Positions 1 to 11,000 of a stretch of 64,000 bases of DNA are shown piece by piece. Each line of letters starts with the position of its first letter. Positions within the stretch are counted from its first letter, which is position 1. The stretch spans positions 9,407-73,406 of the forward strand of contig CAWGDY010000027.1 in assembly GCA_963821395.1 (NCBI GenBank). Reading direction: 5' to 3'. The notes under the pieces are model-generated. The model was not told the DNA's origin. It did no database searches and worked only from the letters and a program-made list of their open reading frames with translations. Position numbers and translations under genes: made by a program. This stretch comes from Vicinamibacterales bacterium. GTDB taxonomy: Bacteria > Acidobacteriota > Vicinamibacteria > Vicinamibacterales > JAMQPK01.

Positions 1-39
1 CTAGCCAAGATCGCGAAGAAGATGTAAGAACTTGTCGGC

Positions 40-480
40 GTGAACCGCCCGATCCTCACCTTCGTCGCAATCGTGCACGCCCTGTCGATTGCGCTCAGCC
101 TTGTCGTCGGCCTCTCCGGCGGATATCAGAGCCCACTGATTGGTCTCAGGTATCTCTATGTTCCCGCCCGCCATTGCCGTGGTCGTAGTCACGTGGGCGA
201 TGAACGAGCCTCCACCCAATCGCCTTATTTCGGCTGGCGAGCCTGGCTGCAGCCGAGGCTCGAAGATCGGATGGGGGCACGGCGCGCTGAACAACTGGGG
301 GCAGTACGCCTTCAAGTACATGAAGGATCCGGAGGGGCCTCACGTCGAGGAAGTCGCGGCTCGCGATCTGCCGGTGGCGGCGGTGGGATCGCTGGCGCTG
401 CTCGTAGTGGGGGTCGTTTTGTTGGCCACCATAAAGACACGCGGTGAAGAAGACCACGAAGACACGAAGGCACGAAGAGG
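40..480 (+). pseudogene. possible frameshifted remnant of a small membrane-protein gene (family not assignable)
   Basis: High-GC3 coding signal follows the frame of ORF 40..447 (NRPILTFVAIVHALSIALSLVVGLSGGYQSPLIGL) only to about nt 140. It then continues in the frame of ORF 140..685 (SMFPPAIAVVVVTWAM...SLALLVVGVVLLATIK). No single intact frame covers both parts. Confidence 0.3.
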
Positions 481-557
481 CAGACATAAAAACGCGACGA
501 CGCGACGAACTCGACGACGCGACGCGATCGGTCTAGCACGTCAGGTACATCGACTTC

Positions 558-654
558 GTGGGCCGCGTAGCGGCCCACCCAAGGAACAGGCGAGACCCAA
601 ATATCAAGAGCGCTCGATCGCAAACGGCTCTTGTATTTGTGTCTCGCCTGTTCC
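558..654. terminator. two adjacent stem-loops between the convergent remnant (+) and the SPFH gene (-)
   Basis: GTGGGCCGC-gta-GCGGCCCAC (558-578) is a perfect 9-bp stem. It is followed by an imperfect palindrome with ~30-nt arms: GGAACAGGCGAGACCCAAATATCAAGAGC ... GCTCTTGTATTTGTGTCTCGCCTGTTCC (583-654). Confidence 0.45.
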
Positions 655-749
655 CTGGGCGCCGAACGGCGCGAAGTCGATTTAGTGTCCTCAGTGTTGG
701 CCTTTGCGCCTTGGCGTCTTTGCGTTGGAGCTGTCTCGCTCTCTCATTC

Positions 750-1739
750 TTACGGCGCTACAGCCGCACGCGCGGATGCGGGCGGCGTGGGCGCGGGCGA
801 CGGCAGCACACCCGTCAACGGGACACCCATCGGGCCGACCGGGATGTACACCGTCGTGTGATTCGGCGAGTTCACCATCAGCTTCTGGGCCTCGATCGCC
901 TCGTGTTGGATGTACAGCGCATTCAACTGACCGCGGATAATCTGCATCGCGTTGGCGATGCCGGTCGCCTGTACCTCGCGCTTGGTTCGCTCCTTGCGCT
1001 CGATTTCGATCTCCGTGTCCTTGCGCTCGAGCTCCTGGGTTGCCGCGAGCTTGCGCGACACCGCGTCTGCTATCTCCGTCGGGTACTGCACGCTGCCAAC
1101 CACCACGCTGCTGATGACGAAGGGGCTCGCATCGGCATACTGGCGGATGCGGGCAAGCACGGCCTGTCCGATCGGAATCAGCTCGTCCTTCACCGACAGG
1201 CCATTGCGCCGCTGCACCTCATCGCGCGCGTAGGTCCGCAGCGGCTCGCGCACGAAGTGGGAGTAGGCGATGCGCACGATGGAGTCGGGGGATTTGTCGT
1301 GGTCGCCGTTGGTCACCGTCGTGCTGAAGCGATCCATGAACAACGGCACTCGCTGGTCGTCCACCCGCCACACCGTGTGTACGGCGAACGAGATCTTGAG
1401 GTTGTCGCGGCTCAGCACGGCCTGATCGCCGACGAACTCCTCGGTGTACGTGTACGGCGTCACGCTGACGTTGGTGACGTCGACGAGCCAGCTGCGGCCG
1501 GGCGAGGTAGGCCCGCGCTGGATGCCGTAGAAACGGCTCTGCCCGAACACTGCGCCCTTGGTGAGATAACCGACGTAACCGGCAGGTGTGTAGGGATTGC
1601 GCGATCCCAGCAACCAAATGAAAGACGCCAGGATGCCGGCGATGGTCACGAGCACCATCAAAACCGGAACCGTGTAACGAAGCGTGGATCGGAGAGACGC
1701 GACGGCAGAATCGCCATCGCCTTGCCAGAACTGCAGCAC
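750..1739 (-). CDS. SPFH/band-7 (prohibitin/HflC-like) membrane protein
   Basis: From ORF 750..1913. An N-terminal TM helix (VPVLMVLVTIAGILASFIWLLG) is followed by an SPFH-type core and a charged coiled-coil tail (ATQELERKDTEIEIERKERTKREVQATGIANA). I moved the start to the GTG at 1739 (VLQFWQGDG...) because GGAGG lies 6 nt upstream. The start remains uncertain. Confidence 0.8.
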   Translation of the reverse strand: MLQFWQGDGDSAVASLRSTLRYTVPVLMVLVTIAGILASFIWLLGSRNPYTPAGYVGYLTKGAVFGQSRFYGIQRGPTSPGRSWLVDVTNVSVTPYTYTEEFVGDQAVLSRDNLKISFAVHTVWRVDDQRVPLFMDRFSTTVTNGDHDKSPDSIVRIAYSHFVREPLRTYARDEVQRRNGLSVKDELIPIGQAVLARIRQYADASPFVISSVVVGSVQYPTEIADAVSRKLAATQELERKDTEIEIERKERTKREVQATGIANAMQIIRGQLNALYIQHEAIEAQKLMVNSPNHTTVYIPVGPMGVPLTGVLPSPAPTPPASARAAVAP

Positions 1740-1987
1740 GGCAGGCCTCCACACGCCGGCGAGGTTAGCTGACGGGCTCGAGCCTGGAGTTGCTCTATCC
1801 GCTTTCGCGGAATTCGCCCCGGTGCGCGTTGATTCGCGCCTTGGGTCCCCCGCGACGCCCGGTGGGCGTCTTAGACGTACCTCGAACATACGCCTGCGCC
1901 TGAACGGCGTCAAGCCCAGGCAATTAAGTGTAGTAGGTTCAGTATGTTACACGAGTGCCACGCAAAATGAGGCCGTGAATACGGCCC

Positions 1988-2012
1988 GCGGGCGACTCGC
2001 AAGGTCGCCCGC
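1988..2012 (-). terminator. stem-loop about 55 nt downstream of the giant gene stop
   Basis: GCGGGCGAC-tcgcaag-GTCGCCCGC is a perfect 9-bp stem. A second small hairpin (GGCCGT-gaat-ACGGCC) follows. There is no clear U-tract. Confidence 0.45.
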
Positions 2013-2067
2013 AGACTGCTGACTGACAACTGAAGACTGAGGCCTGCCGACTAGCGCCTGACGACTG

Positions 2068-5000
2068 CTAATCCGGCACCTGCTTCCATGCGAGCCGGAA
2101 GTACAACCCGGGGTCGTCGCCGCTCCCTTCGCTGCGGACGACCGATCCGGTCGGGCCAGCAGCGGTGAAAACCCGGTACGCAAACGCCAGCGACGTATCC
2201 TCTCCTGTCGTATTGCGCCATTGCTGCTGGCCACCCGGCACGCTCCAGCCCGTCGTGGGGGCCGACCAGCTGTTGTTCTCGTTCGAGAGCCAGCCAGCCA
2301 GCGCCAGCGTGCCAGCCGTGTTGGTCGCAAAGCTCGGCACCGTCACCGCACCGCCGCTGTGACCTGCTGAGAACACCGGCACGTCTATCTCTGGATGCAT
2401 TCCCGCCGACATGGCGAATGCGAAGTTATAGACGCTCAATGCTTCGGTTCCCGTCGTGTTCGTCACCGATGGCGTTCCGGCCCAGGTCCCGTTGAAGCGC
2501 GTCCAGAACACACGCGCCGTCACGCCGTTGGCCTGCGAAATGGACTCGGCGTTCCATGTCTGCCCGCCGGTGCCCGCCATACTCAGCGTAACGTTCCCTC
2601 GATAGGCCGCCACGATGACGTACAGGTCGCCGGCCTGCAGCGTCGCTGGAGGTGTCACGGCGCGTGGTCCCGGACCCGTGCCGTTCGTGTTGTCCACAGT
2701 CGGATAGTGACTGCCGACCGATCGGAACGTGAACGGGATGGGTGGCGGGGGCGGCAGCGCGGGCGTGAGGGCGTCCGCGATGTTCGAGTAGTTCGACGGA
2801 CTGAAGAGATTGTAGGCTCGCACCTGATACCGATACGTCGTTGTGCCGGCAACAGCGTTGTCGTTGTAGCTGGCCGTATTCGGTCCCACCACAGTGAGCG
2901 GGAGGAAGTTGGTGCAACCGATGCCGGCGCACCGCTCGATGTTGAATCCCGCTTCGTTGTTCGCGTTGTCAATCCAGGTCAGCGCCACTTGTCCGACCGA
3001 GGGCGTCGCCTGCAAGTCCGACGGATCTCCCGGAGGATTCGATGGCACCTCGAGCGCGCGGAAGCCCAGCCGGAAGTAGATGCCGGTATCTGGTCCACTC
3101 GCGCTCTGCGTGCGAACGATCGTTCCGGATGGCCCTGCTGGACCCAGGAGCCGATACGCGAACGCGACGGAACTGTCGGACCCGTTGCTGTTGCGCCACT
3201 GGGCTTGTCCGCCCGGCGTGCTCCAGCCGGCCGTCGGAGCAGACCACGAGTTGTTGTCGCCCGAAATCCAACCGGCCAGCGCCAGAACTCCCGTTGTGTT
3301 TGTCGTAAAGCTCGGCACCGTCACCGTCCCACCGCTGTGGCTGCCCGAGCCAAACGGGACGTCGATCTCCGGATAGAGCCCGGGCGCCATGTCAAAGGCC
3401 ATGCTGTAGACCGTCAGCGGCGACGTTCCGGTGGTGTTGCTGACGGCCGGGTTGGCCGTCCAGACGCCGTTGAACTGACTCCAGAACACGCGCACCGTTT
3501 GGCCATTGGCCTGGGTATTCGTCTCGCTCGTCCAGATCTGCCCGCCAGTCTCGGTCAACGTCAGCGTCGCCGTTCCTTGGTACGCCGCCACGATGACCAC
3601 CAGGTCGCCGAGCTGAAGCGATGCCGGCGGTACGATCGCCCGCGGGCCAGGTCCCGCTCCTTGATCGGCGTTCTCGACGGTCGGGAAGTGCGTGCCGACG
3701 CCACGGAAAGCAAACGCAGGTGTCGGTGTCGTTACGTCGGTGCTGGTCGAGTACTCCGAGGGGCCGAACACGTTGTTGGCCCGTACCCGATACCTGTATG
3801 TCGTCGTCCCGGCGACTGTGGTATCGCGATAGCTGGTGACGTTCGATCCAACCCCGGTCAGCGGTGCGAAGTTCGTGCACCCGGGATTGGTGCAGCGCTC
3901 GATCTGGAACGCAAATTCATTCGTCGATGTGTCCGTCCAGGTCAATTCGACCTGGCCGATCGATGCGCTTGCCAGCAGGTTCGCGGGATCGGACGGCGGC
4001 GTCGCGGGCGTAAGCTGCGTTGCCTTGAACGCCATCCGGAAGTAGAGACCGGTGTCCGGACCGTTCGTCTGCGTGCGGGCGATGGAGCCTGTCGCGCCCG
4101 CCGATGCGATGTTTCGGTACGCGAGCGCAATGGTGTTGTCCGCGCTCGAGTTGTTCCGCCACTGGGCCTGGCCACCAGGCATGCTCCAGCCGGTGGTCGG
4201 TGCCGCCCACGTGTTGTTGTCGGCCGAGATCCATCCCACCAGCGCCAGCGCTCCCGGCGTGCTGGTTGAGAAGCTCGGTACCGTCACTGTGCCACCGCTG
4301 TGGTTGCCCGATACGAAGGGCACGTCGATCTCGGGATACGTACCCGGCGCCAGGTCCACCGCGAAGCTGTAAACCGTGAGCGGCCCGGTACCGGTCGTAT
4401 TCGTGACCGCCGGATTCGCCGTCCAGGTGCCGTTGAACTGGGACCAGAACACGCGCACCGTCTGGCCGTTCGCCTGCGTATTGGCCTCGGCGGTCCACGC
4501 CTGCCCGCCCGTCTCCGACATCGTCAGCGTCGCTGTCCCTCCATACGCCGCCACAATCACTACCATGTCGCCGAGCTGAACCGCCGGTGGCGTTATCGCC
4601 CGAGGTCCAGGCCCGGGTCCGTCGGCGTTATCCACAGTGGGGAAGTGCGTGCCTACGCCAAGAGGCGTGAACGTCACCGGTGGAGCGACCGTGATTGAAA
4701 TCGTGGCCGCACTCGAGTCGACGCTGGGGCCGAACGCATTGCTGACACGGACCCAGTAGCTGGTCTGGGTCGTCAGCGCCGGGGTCGTGAAGTTGGCGCT
4801 GTTGGCCCCCACGGGCGTGGTCGTGGTACCCGACGGGCCCTGATACCACTGATACGAGAGATTCGTCCCGGTTGCGCCGACGCTGAGATTGGCCGTGGCC
4901 CCAGACACGATGGTCTGATTCTGCGGCTGCGTGGCAATGGCCGGGCCGACACCGATCGAGATTGTCGCGGTTGCCGAATTGACGCCGGGTCCGAACGCAT

Positions 5001-8000
5001 TGCTGACCCGCACCCAGTAACTGGTCTGCGTCGTCAGGTTCGGCGTCGTGAAGTTGGCGCTGTTACTGCCCACCGGCGTGGTGGTGGTGCCGGACGTGCC
5101 CTGATACCACTGATACGTGAGATTGGTGCCGGTGGCGCCGACGCTGAGATTGGCCGTGGTGTTCGACGCAATGGTCTGACTCTGCGGCTGGGTCCCGATC
5201 GCGGCAGCGACACCGATCGAGATGGTGGCGGTCGCCGAGTTGACGCTGGGCCCGAATGCGTTGCTGACGCGGACCCAGTAGCTGGTCTGCGTCGTCAGGT
5301 TCGGCGTGGTGAAGTTGGGGCTGTTACTGCCGACCAGATTCGTCGTATCGGGAGCGGTGCCGCGATACCACTGATACGTCAGATTCGTGCCGGTGGCGCC
5401 GACGCTGAGATTCGCCGAGGTGCCCGACGTGATGGTCTGGCTCTGCGGCGGCGTGCCGACGGCCGCGGCCACGCCGATCGAGATCGTGGCGGTCGCCGAG
5501 TCGACGCTGGGCCCGAACGCATTGCTCACACGGACCCAATAGCTGGTCTGCGTCGTCAGGTTCGGCGTCGTGAAGTTGGCGCTGTTCGTTCCTACCGAGT
5601 TCGACGTATCGGGGGCGGTACCCTGATACCACTGATACGTCAGACTCGTGCCGGTGGCGCCGACGCTGAGATTGGCCGTGGCATTGGAGGCAATCGTCTG
5701 ATTCTGCGGCGGCGTGCCGATGGCGGCGGCGACACCGATCGAGATGGTCGCGGCGCTGGAGTTGACGGCACCAAATGCATTGCTGACGCGGACCCAGTAG
5801 CTGGTCTGCGTCGTCAGATTCGGCGTGGTGAAGTTGGCGCTGTTCGTGCCCACCGCCGTGGTCGTGGTGCCTGATGGGCCTTGGTACCACTGATACGAGA
5901 GATTCTCCCCGGTCGCGCCGACGCTGAGATCGGCCGTGGTGCCCGACGCGATCGTCTGGCTCTGCGGGTGCGTGCTGATGGCAGCGCCGACGCCGATCGA
6001 GATAGTGGCGGTCGCCGAGTTGACGCTGGGCCCGAATGCATTGCTGACACGGACCCAGTAACTGGTCTGCGTGGTCAGGTTCGGCGTGGTGAAGTTCGGA
6101 CTGTTACTGCCGACCAGACTCGTCGTATCGGGTGCGGTACCGCGATACCACTGATACGAGAGATTCGTGCCGGTGGCGCCGACACTGAGATTGGCCGTGG
6201 TGTTCGACGCAATGGTCTGACTCTGCGGCTGCGTGCCGATGGCGGCGGCGACGCCGATCGAGATCGTCGCGGTTGCCGAGTTGACGCTGGGCCCGAACGC
6301 ATTGCTGACCCGCACCCAGTAGCTGGTCTGCGTGGTCAGGTTCGGCGTGGTGAAGCTTGAGCTGTTGCTGCCGACCGCATTCGACGTGTCTGGGGCGGTG
6401 CCTTGATACCACTGATACGAGAGATTGGTGCCGGTCGCGCCGATGCTGAGATTGGCGGTGGCTCCCGACGCGATCGTCTGACTCTGCGGCTGCGTGCCGA
6501 TGGCGGCGGCGATGCCGATCGAGATCGTCGCTGTCGCCGAGTTGACGCTGGGCCCGAACGCGTTGCTGACGCGGACCCAATAGCTGGTCTGCGTGGTCAG
6601 GTTCGGCGTGGTGAAGTTGGGACTGTTACTGCCGACCAGATTCGTCGTATCGGGAGCGGTGCCGCGATACCACTGATACGTCAGGTTCGTGCCGGTGGCG
6701 CCGACGCTGAGATTGGCCGTGGTGTTCGTCGTGATCGTCTGACTCTGCGGCTGCGTGCCGATGGCGGCGGCGACGCCGATCGAAATGGTGGCCGTCGCCG
6801 AGTCGAGGCTGGGCCCGAACGCATTGCTGACGCGGACCCAGTAGCTGGTCTCCGTCGTCAGGTTCGGCGTGGTGAAGTTGGGGCTGTTGCTGCCAACCGC
6901 CGTCGTCGTGTCGGGCGCGGTACCTTGGTACCACTGATAGATCAGATTCCCACCGGTGGCGCCGACGCTGAGATTAGCTGTGGTGTTCGACGCAATGGTC
7001 TGACTCTGCGGCTGTGTGCCGATGGCGGCGGCGACGCCGATCGAGATGACGGCGGCACTCGAGTCGACCGTCCCGTAGCTGTTGCTTACCCGCACCCAGT
7101 AGCTCGTGGCCACGGTCAGGTTCGGCGTGGTGAAGTTGGGGCTGTTCGTGCCCACCGCCGTGGTCGTGGTGCCTGATGGGCCTTGGTACCACTGATACGA
7201 GAGATTCTCCCCGGTCGCGCCGACGCTGAGATTGGCGGTGGCGCCCGACGCGATCGTCTGGCTCTGCGGCTGCGTGTCGATGGCGGCGCCGACGCCGATC
7301 GAGATGGTGGCGGTCGCCGAGTTGACGCTCGGCCCGAATGCGTTGCTGGCGCGCACCCAGTAGCTGGTCTGCGTGGTCAGGTTCGGCGTGGTGAAGTTGG
7401 GACTGTTACTGCCGACCAGATTCGTCGTATCGGGAGCGGTGCCGCGATACCACTGATACGAGAGATTGGTGCCGGTGGCGCTGACGCTGAGATTGGCCGT
7501 GGCGCCCGACGCGATCGTCTGACTCTGCGGCTGCGTGCCGATGGCGGCGGCGACGCCAATCGAGATCGTCGCGGTTGCCGAGTCGACGCTGGGGCCGAAC
7601 GCATTGCTGACCCGCACCCAGTAGCTGGTCTGCGTGGCCAAGTTCGGCGTGGTGAAGTTGGCGCTGTTGGTGCCGACCTGATTCGAGGTGTCGGGCGCGG
7701 TACCGCGGTACCACTGATACGAGAGATTCGTGCCGGTGGCGCTGACGCTGAGATTGGCCGTGGCCCCCGACGCGATCGTCTGACTCTGCGGCTGCGTGCC
7801 GATGGCGGGTGCGACGCCAATCGAGATTGTCGCGGTTGCCGAGTCGACGCTGGGGCCGAACGCATTGCTGACCCGTACCCAGTAGCTGGTCTGCGTCGTC
7901 AGGTTCGGCGTGGTGAAGTTGGCGCTGTTGGTACCCACCAGAGTCGTCGTGTCGGGCGCGGTGCCTTGATACCACTGATAGGTGAGCGGGGCTGTCCCGG

Positions 8001-11000
8001 TGGCGCCGACGCTGAGATTGGCCGTGGCCCCCGACGCGATGGTCTGACTTTGCGGCTGCGTCGTGATGCTCGCCGGGGTGCTGATGGCATCGGTCGTGAA
8101 CGACCAGGTTGGCCCGGTCACCGTCTGGTTCCCGTCGCTGACCGTCGCGTACCACTGGTACTGAGTATTCGGTGTCCGGCCAGCCCACGTGGTCTCGGCC
8201 GGAGTGCCTGACGGCACGCTGTTGTCCGTCCCGATCTGCGTGAACGGCACACCCTGCATGTTGAAGTCGAGCACGAACTGGCTGTTCGCGTCGGTCTCGA
8301 ACTGCAAGAGCTTCGGCGAGTACGTGTAGACGTAGATCTTGTTCTCGGACGGCTTGAAGGTCATGTAACGCAGCCAGCCGTCGCCGCCGTTCACACGGCT
8401 CTGGTAGTCGGACTCGAGCTGGTGAACCGTCCGGCTCGGGCAGGCCGCGTTGGTCGGCGTCGCATCCGATCGATTGGCCTCTCCCGGGTAGTGGCCGTTC
8501 AGGATGAGGAACACGTTGCAGTTCGGGACGATCAGATTGGTCCAGACCGTCGCGGCCGGCGTGCCATCCGTCGTCCGGTTGAGCACCGTCGTCGGACGGC
8601 TGCCCGAGTCGCTCAGGAACAGGTGCGTGGCGATGATGGCCTTGCGATTCGGGAATGCCTTGAGCACCCGGTCCGCCCACGCCACCGAATAGGTCGGCAT
8701 GTCGTACTCGAGGTGGATGACGACGAAGTCCATCCCGCCCACCGAGAAGAGCGAGTACTGATTCTTGTTCAGCCGGTTGATCGGATCGGTGAAGCTGAAC
8801 TGGTTCTGTCCAAGGTACCCGCCGTACCACGGGTACCCCGACATCCGGGATACGGGGAAGTACAGGTCATAGTTTGTCGACACGCCCGCCGAACTCATGT
8901 CGTGGTTGCCGGGAGCAATGCCGTACGGGACGGGGGGTGATGCGAGATCAAGTACGTCCATGCTCGCATCGGCCTTGGTCCACTCGGCGGGCTGAGCGTC
9001 GATGTGCTCGGCAATGTCGCCCAGGTGCGAGACGAACACGGTATTCAACGTTGGCCGGGAGCTGACGATCCACTGGGTCTGCTGGGTGAACGTCAGCGCG
9101 CGGTCTCCGTCGGCGTCGCTAGGATTGGTATCGTCGACATAATGCTGTGTGTCAGGGATGGCGACGATGGTGAAGTCACCCGCCGCCGCCGCGTTGGTGG
9201 CCCGGCCGAAGAACGTCACGTTCAGCGGCTGGCTCTCGGGATCCGAGACGTTGACGCTCAGGTTTGGTGCGTTGGTCTGGTCTGTGGCGCCATTCTCCGG
9301 CGTGTTCAACACCGGGAGATTCGGCGCCTGGTTGAAGACCAGGTTGAACGGCGCGCCGGCCGTGCGCGCCCAGCCGCTGCCGTTAATCGTGCCGTTGACC
9401 GGAATCGGGGTCGAGTCGAGGACAGTGGTCGTACTGCCGCTCTCGTTGAGACCCCAGCGCGCGACGAGGTTCGGCACGTTCAGGATTTGCTGGTTGATTC
9501 CCGCTTGAAGCTCCGACACGGTCAGCGCGCGATCCCAGATGCGCACTTCATCGATGACGCCGTTGAAGAAGCCTTCGGGTGTCCCGCTGGTGTTCAGCGC
9601 GGAACCGATCGAGGCATGCTGAATGCTGTCGAACCGGGGCGTGAAGGCACCCACCGCTGACGTGGCCTCGAGCGTGCCATCCAGGTACAAACGCCAGGTG
9701 CCGTCGCCGTAGGTCGCCGCGGCATGATGCCATGTGCCATCAGCGGGTATCGTCGTCACTCCCGCTATCGGGTGATTCAGGCCGGTATTGTTGTCCTCGA
9801 AATCGGCCGCCAGCACATCGCCGGTGGGGACGTCCTTGATGCCGAGGAAGAAGTTCATGTTGTTCGTGGTGGCTTCATCCTGAGCCCGGCCTTTGGCGAC
9901 GATCGGTATCGCCAGGAAGCCGCCGGTGCCCGTATCTGCCGGTGCGCCTTCGCCGTCGCGCTTGAACCATGCCTCGATCGTCATGGTCGAGACGCCCAGC
10001 CCGGGGGCTGCGCCAAAGGACACGTAGCCATTGGTTCCGGTGAAATCGATCGCGTTGTTTGGCTCGGTCGGATTCACGGTCACGGTGAGCTCATCAAATC
10101 CGTTGATCTCTCCGTCGGTGGCCGTCAGCCGAAGCACGTAGGTTCCAGGACCCGAGAAGGACGCCGTGGTCGTCGTCGTGTTCGGGTCATCGAATGTCAC
10201 GGTTCCAACGGCCGGCGTCTGGTTCGTCCATGTCGGGCTGACGTCGATGCCAGTGAAACCGTCGTCGTTCAGAGTTGCCGTGAGGGACGCATGGTTGGGC
10301 AGCGTGACGAACTGGTCCGCGCCGACGTTGACCATCGGCGGCAGATTGCCCGTGGCAGCCGTTACAGTAATGCTGACCGTGTCGCTGCGGACGTACTTGT
10401 TGTCGTCGACCGTCAACTGCAGAACATAGGTGCCGGCAGTGGTGAAGCCGACAGAGGTCACCGCGCTATTTGCGTTACCGAAGGCCGCGGCGGCCGGACC
10501 GCTCACCTGACTCCACGTGATCGTGTTCGGGCTGTCATCGGTGACGCTGCCGTTGAGTTCCGCCGCGCCGGCGTCGACTATTTGATCGGCGCCCGCGTTC
10601 ACGACGGGAGGCTGGCTGCCGGGCGCGCCGTGCACCGCGGCGGTGCCCGAATCGTTGAGTGCGTCGCCAGGGACCGGGATGAACTGCCAGTCGTACGACG
10701 AGTCGCGCAACGTGAACTTCATGATGCCGTGGTCGGTGTTGTTGCGAACTTCGCTGATCCCCGTCCTGAGATTTGGAAATGAACCGCTCACGGGGACGCC
10801 GCCGGTGCCGATGACGAACGTGCGGATACCGAAGGCGGGATCCGCGACGCCCAGCGCGTTCATCGGCGCCAGCCGCTCGTAGTTGTGCCAGTGGCCGCCG
10901 AGATAGATGTCGGTGCCGTAGTCGTAGAGGGCCTGCCACAGCGGCTGCGTGTACGCATGCATGTCGTCGTCGGAGCTGGAGCTGTAGCGCGGCCTGTGCC

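Noticed and set aside
1-27. Eight terminal codons (LAKIAKKM-stop) of a plus-strand gene entering from the left edge
   Set aside because: The stretch is too short to support any call.
2395-4269. 624-aa plus-strand ORF. Many other ORFs of 100-570 aa also overlap the giant genes in other frames or on the opposite strand, for example 7406-8830, 7183-8211, 27667-28935, 28098-29996, 30715-32070 and 58428-60134.
   Set aside because: They are Arg/Gly/Pro-rich shadow frames of GC-rich coding sequence. They show no domain signatures and lie entirely inside well-supported genes.
4678-8067. Regular 261-bp repeats, and the 7-mer and 9-mer arrays elsewhere, considered as possible CRISPR arrays
   Set aside because: The 261-bp repeats are in-frame protein-coding units with no unique spacers. 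The short arrays have no spacers at all. No cas genes are present.
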